DNA of 58,766 nt from positions 1 to 58,766 of the forward strand of contig JAIMKT010000018.1 in assembly GCA_020692245.1 (NCBI GenBank), read 5' to 3'. The translations under genes and the position numbers were made by a program. The notes under the pieces are model-generated. The model did not search any database and was not told where the DNA came from. It saw nothing but the letters and a program-made list of their open reading frames with translations. Positions 38,501-47,120 of the stretch are shown in pieces (within the stretch, counting starts at the first letter, position 1; the number at the start of each line of letters is the position of its first letter). This DNA comes from Microcoleus sp. GA_180221_E-2-1-MAG-45_12 (GTDB taxonomy: Bacteria > Cyanobacteriota > Cyanobacteriia > Cyanobacteriales > JAAUUE01).

Positions 38501-41315
38501 TGAGTTCTTCGACGCTATAGCCCAATAGGTCAGCATACTTTTGATTGCAGGTCAGAATGTTTCCTGACCCATCGGTGAGGACTACGCCCACGGCGGCTTG
38601 GTCAAAGGTGGCTTTTAGGTATGCCTGACTTTGTTGGAGTTCTATTTCTACAGCTTTGCGATCGCTGATATCTTGAATCACAATAATGGCATAGTCTGGC
38701 TCTCCCTGTTCATTCCGTGCCAAGGAAAGACTCAGGTTTGTCCACACCACAGATTTATCTTTGCGAATGTAGCGTTTTTCGATGGAGAAACTATCAATTT
38801 CTCCGGCTAGTAACTGCCGTGTGTATTCTTCATCAATGGTCAAATCTTCGGGATGGGTGCGTTGGCGATAATCTACTGTTAGTAGTTCCTCTTGGGAATA
38901 ACCGAGAATTTCGCAATACTTTTGATTGCACAGTAAAGATTTATTGCCAAATTTTTCGTAGGCAATGCCCACGGCTGCCTGTTCAAAGGTCGCCCGCAGC
39001 CGGATCTGGCTTTCTTCGAGTTCGGCTTCCATGCGTTTGCGATCGGTAATATCCTGAGCAATTACCACCGTATAGCGAGGCTCCCCTGCCTCATCACGCA
39101 CCAAAGATACATTCAGATTTACCCAAACAATATGACCTCGCTTATGGATGTAGCGTTTTTCAATGGTGAAAATTGAGGCTTCCCCGGTCAGCAACTGCTG
39201 CATTCCGGCTGCATCTTTTTCTAAATCCTCTGGATGGGTATAGTCTCGATAGGTGAGATCAGATAAATCCTCCATGGAATAGCCGTGAATTTCGCACATT
39301 TTGCGGTTAGCCAACAAAGACACGCCATCCAAGGCACTGTAGGCAATCCCCACCGCCGCTTGATCAATAATCGCTCTGAGTAAAACTTCGCTTTCTCGCA
39401 GAGCCTGTTCTGCCCTTTTGCGGCTGGTGATATCGGCAAGGATCGCGATCGTATTTTGCGGATTTCCTTCCCCATCCCGGACTAGAGAAACCGTTAAATC
39501 TCCCCAGACGATCGAACCATCTTTTTTTAGATAGCGTTTCTGGATGGTGAAGCTCTCAATTTCTCCCCGCCGCAGTCGATCGCCCTGAGTCACTGCCATG
39601 TCAATATCATCGGGATGGGTAATTTCTCGAAAGTTCAACTCCATCAACTCGTCTTGACTGTAGCCGAGAATATCACAATACTTCTGGTTAACAAGGATCG
39701 TGTCTCCTCGTTCTAGGGAATGGAAGGCAATTCCCACGGAGGCTTGCTCCACCATCCCCCGGAAACTAGCTTCACTCTGGCGGAGGGCATCTTCCATCTG
39801 CTGGCGTTGGCGCAGGGCTGCTTGGCGTTCACTAATATCCCGCACCACCAAACAAAAAACTTCCTGACCATCCACAGCAATCACATTGATATTTACCTCC
39901 ACATCTATTAAGCTCCCATCCGCCCGCTTGTAAATTCTCGTCCTCAAGGAGCCGTTACGGGAGGCAGCAATGGTTTGCAGATCGTGATCAATTTCTTCAG
40001 GATCGTAATTTTTGACATCGTAAACATTCAGATTCAATACCTGCTCTGGGGTGTAGCCCAACAGATCACAAAAAGCTGAGTTTGCTTCAATAATTTTCTT
40101 AGTCTGAGCATCAATCAGAAAAATTCCCTCGGAGGCTTGCTCGACAACTTTTTGATACCGTTCTTGGCTTTCTGCCTGCTCTCGCTGAGACAAAGCCAAG
40201 GTAGTGAGCATGGAGTTGATCTCTTGGGCTAAACTTCCCAACTCATCATTTCCTTTGAGATTCACCCGCAGGAAAGGATCGCCGCTCAGGGCAATTTTCT
40301 TCACCGATCGATTCAACTCAGCCAGCCTAGCCAAGACAATACGTTCTAAAAGTAAAATTGTCGTAAGACCAAACACCACACTAGCCACTAGCAAAAACAA
40401 AAAAGAAATCCGTAAGCTCTTTTCTCCCTGTCGGTACACCGTTCTGGGCATATCAACTTTGAGTAAAACCGATGGCTTCCCGTACACATCCCGCAACAGG
40501 TTATAGGCAGCGATCGTATCTCGATCGAGGGGTTGGACTGGAAGCAGGGCAATTTCTTTTTCTTCCTCCAAGGCTGAGGGACGTTTTGTATCTTCCCCTC
40601 CCAAAACTGAGAACTCATAGTTAACCTGCTGCGTCACTACCAACTTATTCCGCATATCCTGAAAATCTTTGGGAAGTTGGGGGTCATTGACATCAAATAG
40701 AGAAACCGAAAGGCGTTGATTAATTGACACACTATCCACCAATCTCTGGTCTAGGTAGCGTCCCATAATCAGAGTCCCCATTATCTCACCCTTGCCCTGA
40801 CTATTCAAAATCGGGCTAGAAGCAACCATGATTCTTTGCTGCGGCAGGGAAATTAAACCCTTGTAGATATCATTGGCACTCCTGTGTTGGCGAAGAGCTT
40901 TATTGTCCCGGAGATGGTTTCTCAAGTCTTGGGAAATGGGCAGGGAGAGCTGATTATCAAAGTCGTAAGCCCTAGCGTAAAGGATTTCGCCATCAGGCTT
41001 AAGGAAAATTAGCACATTGATATCTAGGCTGGTAAAGACATTATCAACTAGGTTGTTTTCGATGAAGGTCTGATTCCCATCTTGGATAAATTCGTAGGAT
41101 AAATCCCAAAATGACCAATCCCGAATGGTAGAACTCAAATTCCTTGCTCGATCCCAGATATTCTGAGCGGCTCGATCGACATTTTGTCTTGCAGTTTGAT
41201 TCTCAACTTCCGAAAATCCACTACGGATAATCGTTGCCGAAGTAGCATAGAGTACCCAAATCAACACCAAAATGGTAAAAACCACCGTGATAAATGTCTT
41301 TGTTCTAATCTTCAT
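35547..41315 (-). CDS. 1922-aa sensor adenylate cyclase: TM-extracytoplasmic domain-TM, HAMP, about ten PAS/PAC modules, GAF, class III cyclase
   Basis: The C-terminal cyclase homology domain has [29 protein letters not shown] and [36 protein letters not shown]. The Lys...Asp specificity pair indicates ATP. PAC boxes repeat in the form [21 protein letters not shown].P. Confidence 0.9.
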   Translation of the reverse strand: [1922 protein letters not shown]

Positions 41316-41717
41316 GCCTCTAAGTAGTGGGATAATTGTGTGCGATGAACATTAATTAAATGTGGATAAATAGAGTAGAACGTGCTTAGTAAAAATTAAC
41401 TAGCTCGGAGATTAGTATATGCGCGCTGTCTGGTGATGATTACATTGTTCAGTATAGCAACCTTAATCGACTTAATATTTTCACCTCTAAATAGTTGCAC
41501 CCTCTCAGTAACCTTTCAGGCTAATCATTGAATTTTTTTGTCCCCAAAACCCTATGCCAAAAGCTTTGATTCTGTAGGTATTAACTATTATTAACCTAAA
41601 GTACAGGACAAAAAGAGAAGCGAGGGAAGAAAATTATAGGCAAAAGCCACCGAGGTTCTTAGTATTTGTTACCCCGGAGTCAAGATATAAAACCTATCTA
41701 TTTTGCAATATAGTCTG

Positions 41718-43247
41718 CTACAAAATGATCGCAGATTTCCAATCTTTGGTGGTGTCTAGGATTGTGACTAGGGATTGTTCTGGGGGGGTGAAGGGTTCTA
41801 GTTGTTGTTGGGGCAGTAAATCCGCTGTGGCATCGGCAACATCACCGACTCGGTTATTTAGTCGATCGACCAACACCTCCAAGGGGGCAGTGCAGTGATA
41901 GATATGCAGAGGAATATTTTGCTCTTGAGTTGCAGTAATTACGTCAGCCCGGAGAGCTTGGCGATCGAACTTCGCATCGAGAATTACTGTGAAGCCTTGA
42001 CTAGCTAAAAGTAACCCCAATTCTAGGAGGCGATCGTAGGTTTTCTTGGTCATTTCTGGGGTGTATAGATCTGCCCCGCCTTTTTGATCTAAAGACACTC
42101 CCCCTAGGTGTTTGCGTACCGCATCCGAGCGCAGGTGAATTGCTTGGTTAGTTTTGGCAATGTAGCGACCAACAGTACTTTTTCCAGAGCCAGATAAACC
42201 AGCCATGAGGATAATTTTACCAACGGCAGGAACTTGGGTATATTTCCAAGCAAGGTAATAGTAATTGGCAGCAACTTTGGCGGCTTGTTCTTTGTCAGCA
42301 GCAGGAATATTTGGATCATCCAACAGAAAAGAAGTCACCTTGGCTCGAACGTAGGCTTGACGACTGAGATACAAAGGTAATAGTTGTAAACCTTCCCAAT
42401 CTCCAGTTTGTTCTACGTAGGTATTCAGGAAAATATTCCCCAGATCAGAGCGCGATCGAGCATCCAAATCCATCACCGCAAAGGCAATATCATACATGAC
42501 ATCCACAAATCGGAACGGCTCATTAAACTCAATGCAATCAAACAATAAAACCTGATCTTTCCAGAAAGCAATATTTCTGAGATGCAGATCTCCGTGGCAT
42601 TCTTTAATCCATTGGTTGGCAATTCTTGATTCAAACAAATCCGTCCGAGTGGCAAAGAAATTGTCAGTATAGGCTTGGGTTTCTGTAAATTGGCTATCAG
42701 TTTGCGCCCTGCCAATATAACCTGCGGTTTGTTGATAGTTTTCATCAAAGGCTTGCCGGACATTTTCTACCTTCCCAAAGGAAAGAATATAATCATTTGT
42801 TGCCGCCGTTTGGTGGAATTTTGCCACAATTTTTCCCAGTTCAGCAATCAATTCTGGGGTAAGTTTGCCTTGTTCAAATAAACTAATAAAAGAATCATCT
42901 TCAACAAATTGGTGCATTTTCAGCACATACTCTACGGGGTTACTCTCATCTCCGAGAATGAATCGATCGCCCACTTCACTTACAGGTAAAATCTCTAGAT
43001 AAATTTCCCCCGCTCCCCGTTGATTTAGCCGGACTTCTTCATGGCAGAAATGGCGGCGCTGCTCCAAGCTAGAAAAATCTAAAAAGCCAAAATTCACGGC
43101 TTTCTTGATCTTATAAGCATATTCTCCAGTCAGAAAAACGTAGGAAACATGGGTTTGAATCAGTTCTACAGGTTCCTTGACGGGATGGGGATAAAACCCC
43201 GGCTCTAGCATTTGGGCAATTAGGGGCGGAAGAGATAATTCTGTCAT
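41718..43247 (-). CDS. Bifunctional aminoglycoside-phosphotransferase-like kinase / P-loop (AAA_33-type) ATP-binding protein
   Basis: The N-terminal APH-like kinase core has HGDLHLRN and LFDCIEF. The C-terminal part has Walker A GLSGSGKST. Confidence 0.7.
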   Translation of the reverse strand: MTELSLPPLIAQMLEPGFYPHPVKEPVELIQTHVSYVFLTGEYAYKIKKAVNFGFLDFSSLEQRRHFCHEEVRLNQRGAGEIYLEILPVSEVGDRFILGDESNPVEYVLKMHQFVEDDSFISLFEQGKLTPELIAELGKIVAKFHQTAATNDYILSFGKVENVRQAFDENYQQTAGYIGRAQTDSQFTETQAYTDNFFATRTDLFESRIANQWIKECHGDLHLRNIAFWKDQVLLFDCIEFNEPFRFVDVMYDIAFAVMDLDARSRSDLGNIFLNTYVEQTGDWEGLQLLPLYLSRQAYVRAKVTSFLLDDPNIPAADKEQAAKVAANYYYLAWKYTQVPAVGKIILMAGLSGSGKSTVGRYIAKTNQAIHLRSDAVRKHLGGVSLDQKGGADLYTPEMTKKTYDRLLELGLLLASQGFTVILDAKFDRQALRADVITATQEQNIPLHIYHCTAPLEVLVDRLNNRVGDVADATADLLPQQQLEPFTPPEQSLVTILDTTKDWKSAIIL

Positions 43248-43308
43248 GGGAAATTAAAGTTATTGATATCTAGGGATTTACGGTTGATTTTTTGAGTAAC
43301 TTGAGGAC

Positions 43309-44145
43309 TTAAACCTTATGTTCTGTTACAAGGGTCAGGCTCTGCCATTCGCCTTTGCCATTATAGCTACGAATGAGCCGCTGCCGTTTCTGAGGATTGA
43401 TCAGCCAGCCAACTTCCCAGAAGGTAGGAACCGCAAATTTTAGCTGCTGGGGACAGTTGCTAGAAGCGCCATCGGGCAGGAGGATCACTTGGGTATGCTG
43501 ACTGCCTTGGGTAAATTTGATCAAGTAGCCGCTAATTTCTCCTTGAGATTTAATCAACTGGGGATTGGTGCTGCTGCCAAAGCGGAGTTCTTGAGTAATT
43601 TGGTTATCTCCAGAGTAGGCGATCGTCAGTTGAGTGGCATTTTTCTTGGCTTCACTCCAGTCAGCAAAAATAGTTTCCGCCTCCCCTTCCCACGTGCCGA
43701 TTAATTCATCAACAGTTAACCGTTTATTTTGGGGATATTTGGCGGGGGAATTAGGCAATTTTTCCCGAATTAAAGTAATTTTTTCGAGCTGAGATTCACG
43801 GTTATAAAGCTGCACCAACCGAAGACGGCGATCGCCATCAATCATCCCTGCCTCTGCCCCCAAATCTGCAAAGGGAGCTAGTTGCATCGAGCCAAAGGAA
43901 AAATCACCCTTGGGAAAAAACAAAATCCCTCTAGATAAACTGCTATATTCCAGAACTTTTTCTTCTACGGGCTGGTTGGGAGGGAAACGGCGGATCACCT
44001 GCCGCATGGTTTGCTGGTCGTTAATTGCTTCTAGGCTCGTGACCGTGGGGATATCACTAATTTGCTTGCCTTGGGGTGAAAAAGTGGAAAAAGAACCCTG
44101 CCATTCTCCTACATTTTCTAGTAAACATTGCCATTGGTTAGTCAT
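43309..44145 (-). CDS. Conserved cyanobacterial hypothetical (DUF3598-like)
   Basis: The N-terminus WQCLLENVGEWQGSF matches my recollection of DUF3598 proteins. No other support. Confidence 0.4.
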   Translation of the reverse strand: MTNQWQCLLENVGEWQGSFSTFSPQGKQISDIPTVTSLEAINDQQTMRQVIRRFPPNQPVEEKVLEYSSLSRGILFFPKGDFSFGSMQLAPFADLGAEAGMIDGDRRLRLVQLYNRESQLEKITLIREKLPNSPAKYPQNKRLTVDELIGTWEGEAETIFADWSEAKKNATQLTIAYSGDNQITQELRFGSSTNPQLIKSQGEISGYLIKFTQGSQHTQVILLPDGASSNCPQQLKFAVPTFWEVGWLINPQKRQRLIRSYNGKGEWQSLTLVTEHKV

Positions 44146-44172
44146 ATTGGTTAGTCACAAATTGGGAGAAGT

Positions 44173-44874
44173 TTAGAGCGCTGATTCTTCTACTCTACCG
44201 TACATAGCCCTAGGTGCTTCAGATAGCCAAGCCCACATCTGATCTCCATAGCAAAAATGCCACCATTCTCCGGGATGGCGTTGAAATCCGGCTTGCTCCA
44301 TGACAGCTTTGAGCAGAAGGCGGTTTTGATGGTAGGTTTGGGCTAAATGATTAAGATAATAGTCGGGGTGCGATCGAGGCGATATCTCATCAATGGGGGA
44401 ACCAAAATCAACAATAGCTCCGGTGTCATCAGCTAGGGCTAGGTCTACGGCTCCGCCTGTGCTATGGGGTGGGGGGGTGGCGGGGTCATAGTTCGGAACA
44501 GCCCATATCTGGTGGACAAGTTCCCAAAGACTTTCCCTTTGATCTGGGGTTAAACTTGCCCGTGACCAGCCCTTAGCTTGAACTAATTCCTCAAAAGAAA
44601 AATCCACCATGTATTGCTGCACGGCGACGGGGCGATAACCATCAAAAATTGCTAATTTCCAGCCGGGTTTTTGAGTCTGTAAATATTTTTGGGCGAGGAG
44701 GAGGCGATCGATCACCCCTGAGCGCAGATGGTAAGGAGAATAGCAAGGGTAACTAGCTCCTGCCCGTTGGTAAGGATGGGGTGAGATCACGGAAAATTGA
44801 TGCAGGGGAATAGTGGTCAGGATTTCCCCTAGGTCTTCGATGGGAATGTGGTGATAAGGTCTAGACTTTTGCAT
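44173..44874 (-). CDS. M15-family D-alanyl-D-alanine dipeptidase (VanX/DdpX-like)
   Basis: GYRPVAVQ, HSTGGAVDL and EWWHF are the zinc-ligand and catalytic motifs of VanX-type peptidases. Confidence 0.8.
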   Translation of the reverse strand: MQKSRPYHHIPIEDLGEILTTIPLHQFSVISPHPYQRAGASYPCYSPYHLRSGVIDRLLLAQKYLQTQKPGWKLAIFDGYRPVAVQQYMVDFSFEELVQAKGWSRASLTPDQRESLWELVHQIWAVPNYDPATPPPHSTGGAVDLALADDTGAIVDFGSPIDEISPRSHPDYYLNHLAQTYHQNRLLLKAVMEQAGFQRHPGEWWHFCYGDQMWAWLSEAPRAMYGRVEESAL

Positions 44875-44980
44875 AAACTTTAGACTACCCGGAGACTGCC
44901 CGGAGATTATCTAAATAGATTACCCAAAATTGTTCCTAGCAAATCGCCCAGAATCAAATATCTAGACCAATCACCCCTTG

Positions 44981-45247
44981 CTAATTTCTTCGCAAAAAGA
45001 AGCTATTGATATAAATGGCGATAATCGAGCCGAGGACGGCAACAAACACACCGGGAATACTTAACTCTGGGGCATTGAGTTGGAGAGCGCCAGTCTGGAT
45101 AAAGGTGAATAAAGTCCCCCCAATGAAAGCTCCGACCACGCCTAGAATCAAGGTCTGAATCCAGCCGCCGCCCTGAGTACCGGGAACAATTGCTTTAGCG
45201 ATCGCCCCTGCCAATAAACCTAATACAATCCATGCAATAATATTCAT
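44981..45247 (-). CDS. GlsB/YeaQ/YmgE-family stress membrane protein
   Basis: 88-aa ORF with the typical start MNIIAWIVLGLLAGAIAK and Gly-rich TM helices. Confidence 0.8.
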   Translation of the reverse strand: MNIIAWIVLGLLAGAIAKAIVPGTQGGGWIQTLILGVVGAFIGGTLFTFIQTGALQLNAPELSIPGVFVAVLGSIIAIYINSFFLRRN

Positions 45248-45401
45248 AACTAAAATTTCTCCCGATTAATTCGATGATGATTTGATTGAGTTGAATATTG
45301 ACTTCGTAAAATCAAAAAACTACACAGCCAAATTAAGATTGACAATTCTATATTTGCTGCTGGTCTAGAAATCAGTCTATGGGGTGGCTAGGTTATTTAT
45401 T

Positions 45402-45464
45402 GAATGAATTGATTGAGTACGTTATAAAACTTAGTCAAAATACCTAGATTAATGGAAATAACTA
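45402..45464. repeat. Dispersed 63-nt intergenic element, copy 1
   Basis: 58 of 63 positions are identical to 53444..53506, in the same orientation. It contains an internal stem TTGATTGAG/CTTAGTCAA. Confidence 0.85.
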
Positions 45465-45499
45465 AAATATTTATAAATTCAGGCAGGTTTAGCCCCTAT

Positions 45500-46357
45500 T
45501 TAGCAAGCAAACTCATAGGTAATCTCGGTAATTGTTCCCTTAAAATAGAGCCGAAGACCTTCTGGATGCACCCATCCCACTTCCCCGACCAAGGGAATTA
45601 GCATCCCCTCCCGAACTGCATACTCCGAAAACTTCCCACCCCAAGGCATAGCAGTCTGCTGGTCACGAGATCGAGCTGCCGCATAAATAGTTGCGATCGT
45701 CCCTTCAGGATTAAAACCAAATACAAGGGAGACAGTTGTATCCCCATCGGTGAGAGTGCCACGGGCAGAGGTGTCATCGATCGCTTCCCAGCGTACACCC
45801 TGACTGGGTAATAGAGCCGTAGGATACCAAGCTCCCTCTGCCAAGAACCGCAATAATTCACCTTGATTCAATTCTGGTGTATCGTGCATATTTGCCAAGG
45901 TAAAAAGACCAAGTAAGGAAGCGTGCAAGTTACCTGCTCCTGCTAGATAGGTATCATGGACAAAAGCCCTTAGCCCCGGAGCCATCTGGATTTGGGCATC
46001 CCAATCAAAACCTAGCTGTTTAGTAACGAAAAATTGGGTCGCAGTAAAAGGATTCCACTTATCCTTCAACTCATCAAAATTAAACTGTCCTTCCTGAGCA
46101 AGATTGACCGCTGCTACGATCGATTGTCCATCCTTTAGCACTGTCTGAAAGAATCGCTGCACCGGGGCTGGTAAGTCTCCAATTTCTGCTTGAGTATAAA
46201 TTTGAGGCTGAATTATCTGCCGTCCCTTGGTTAATTTGGTACGTAAAGTATTAGTTTCTGACTGCCAGCGAGAACGACCATAAATAATTGCCAATCCAAG
46301 ACAACCTATTACTAAAACACTAAGAATAATTATCCAGTTCATAAACTTAATCTCCAA
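45500..46357 (-). CDS. Membrane-anchored hypothetical protein (possibly DUF6544-like)
   Basis: 285-aa ORF with an N-terminal TM helix. LPAPVQRFF and LRFLAEGAWYPTALLP resemble that family as I remember it. Confidence 0.45.
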   Translation of the reverse strand: MEIKFMNWIIILSVLVIGCLGLAIIYGRSRWQSETNTLRTKLTKGRQIIQPQIYTQAEIGDLPAPVQRFFQTVLKDGQSIVAAVNLAQEGQFNFDELKDKWNPFTATQFFVTKQLGFDWDAQIQMAPGLRAFVHDTYLAGAGNLHASLLGLFTLANMHDTPELNQGELLRFLAEGAWYPTALLPSQGVRWEAIDDTSARGTLTDGDTTVSLVFGFNPEGTIATIYAAARSRDQQTAMPWGGKFSEYAVREGMLIPLVGEVGWVHPEGLRLYFKGTITEITYEFAC

Positions 46358-46503
46358 ATTATTACCTAGGCTTATTGATTTATGATTTGATAAATTACGA
46401 TCGATGAAATGATTGCCGCCATGGATATATAGATCAACCCAAAAAGATCAATAATTGATCGCTGTTATAATAACAAACATAATTAATAACCAGACTTTAA
46501 GTT

Positions 46504-47067
46504 ATGCGATCGCCCATTCCCATTTTCTCGGTTGCGGAATATTTAGAAGCAGAAAGTCGGAGCGAAGTCCGCCATGAGTATTTAGGTGGGCAAATTTTTG
46601 CAATGGCGGGGGGCAGTAAGGCGCACAATCTGATTACGCTAAATATTGCTAGTTGGTTACGTTCTCAATTGCGGGGCGGGGCTTGCCAGGTGTTTATGTC
46701 AGATATGAAGGTTAAGTTGAGGGCAGCGAATCAAAGTAAGACGATATTTTACTATCCTGATGTGGTGGTTAGTTGTAGCACTGAGGATCAAGATAGCTAT
46801 GCGGTGAATTATCCCTGTGTAATTTTTGAGGTGTTGTCACCGGGGACAGAGTTGAGCGATCGCCGGGAAAAGTTGGTGAATTATCAAACCATTGATAGTT
46901 TGCAGGAGTATATTTTAGTTTCCCAAGAGGAGATAAAAGTAGAAGTTTATCGTCAGGATTTGCAAGGGAATTGGACAAAGGAGATTTTGGAAAAGGAAGA
47001 TATTTTGGTTCTAAATTCAATCAATTTATCGCTAACTATGGCTGATATTTACGAAGATATTTTTTAA
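46504..47067 (+). CDS. Uma2-family (DUF820) PD-(D/E)XK endonuclease
   Basis: The family pattern is present: EYLGGQIFAMAGGSKAHN, YPDVVVSC, and FEVLSPGTELSDRREKLVNYQ with EYILV. Confidence 0.8.
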   Translation: MRSPIPIFSVAEYLEAESRSEVRHEYLGGQIFAMAGGSKAHNLITLNIASWLRSQLRGGACQVFMSDMKVKLRAANQSKTIFYYPDVVVSCSTEDQDSYAVNYPCVIFEVLSPGTELSDRREKLVNYQTIDSLQEYILVSQEEIKVEVYRQDLQGNWTKEILEKEDILVLNSINLSLTMADIYEDIF

Positions 47068-47120
47068 TTTTAGCGATCGCTAGTAAACAAGGTATGGCGA
47101 TCCCGAATAAAGCTAAGAAC

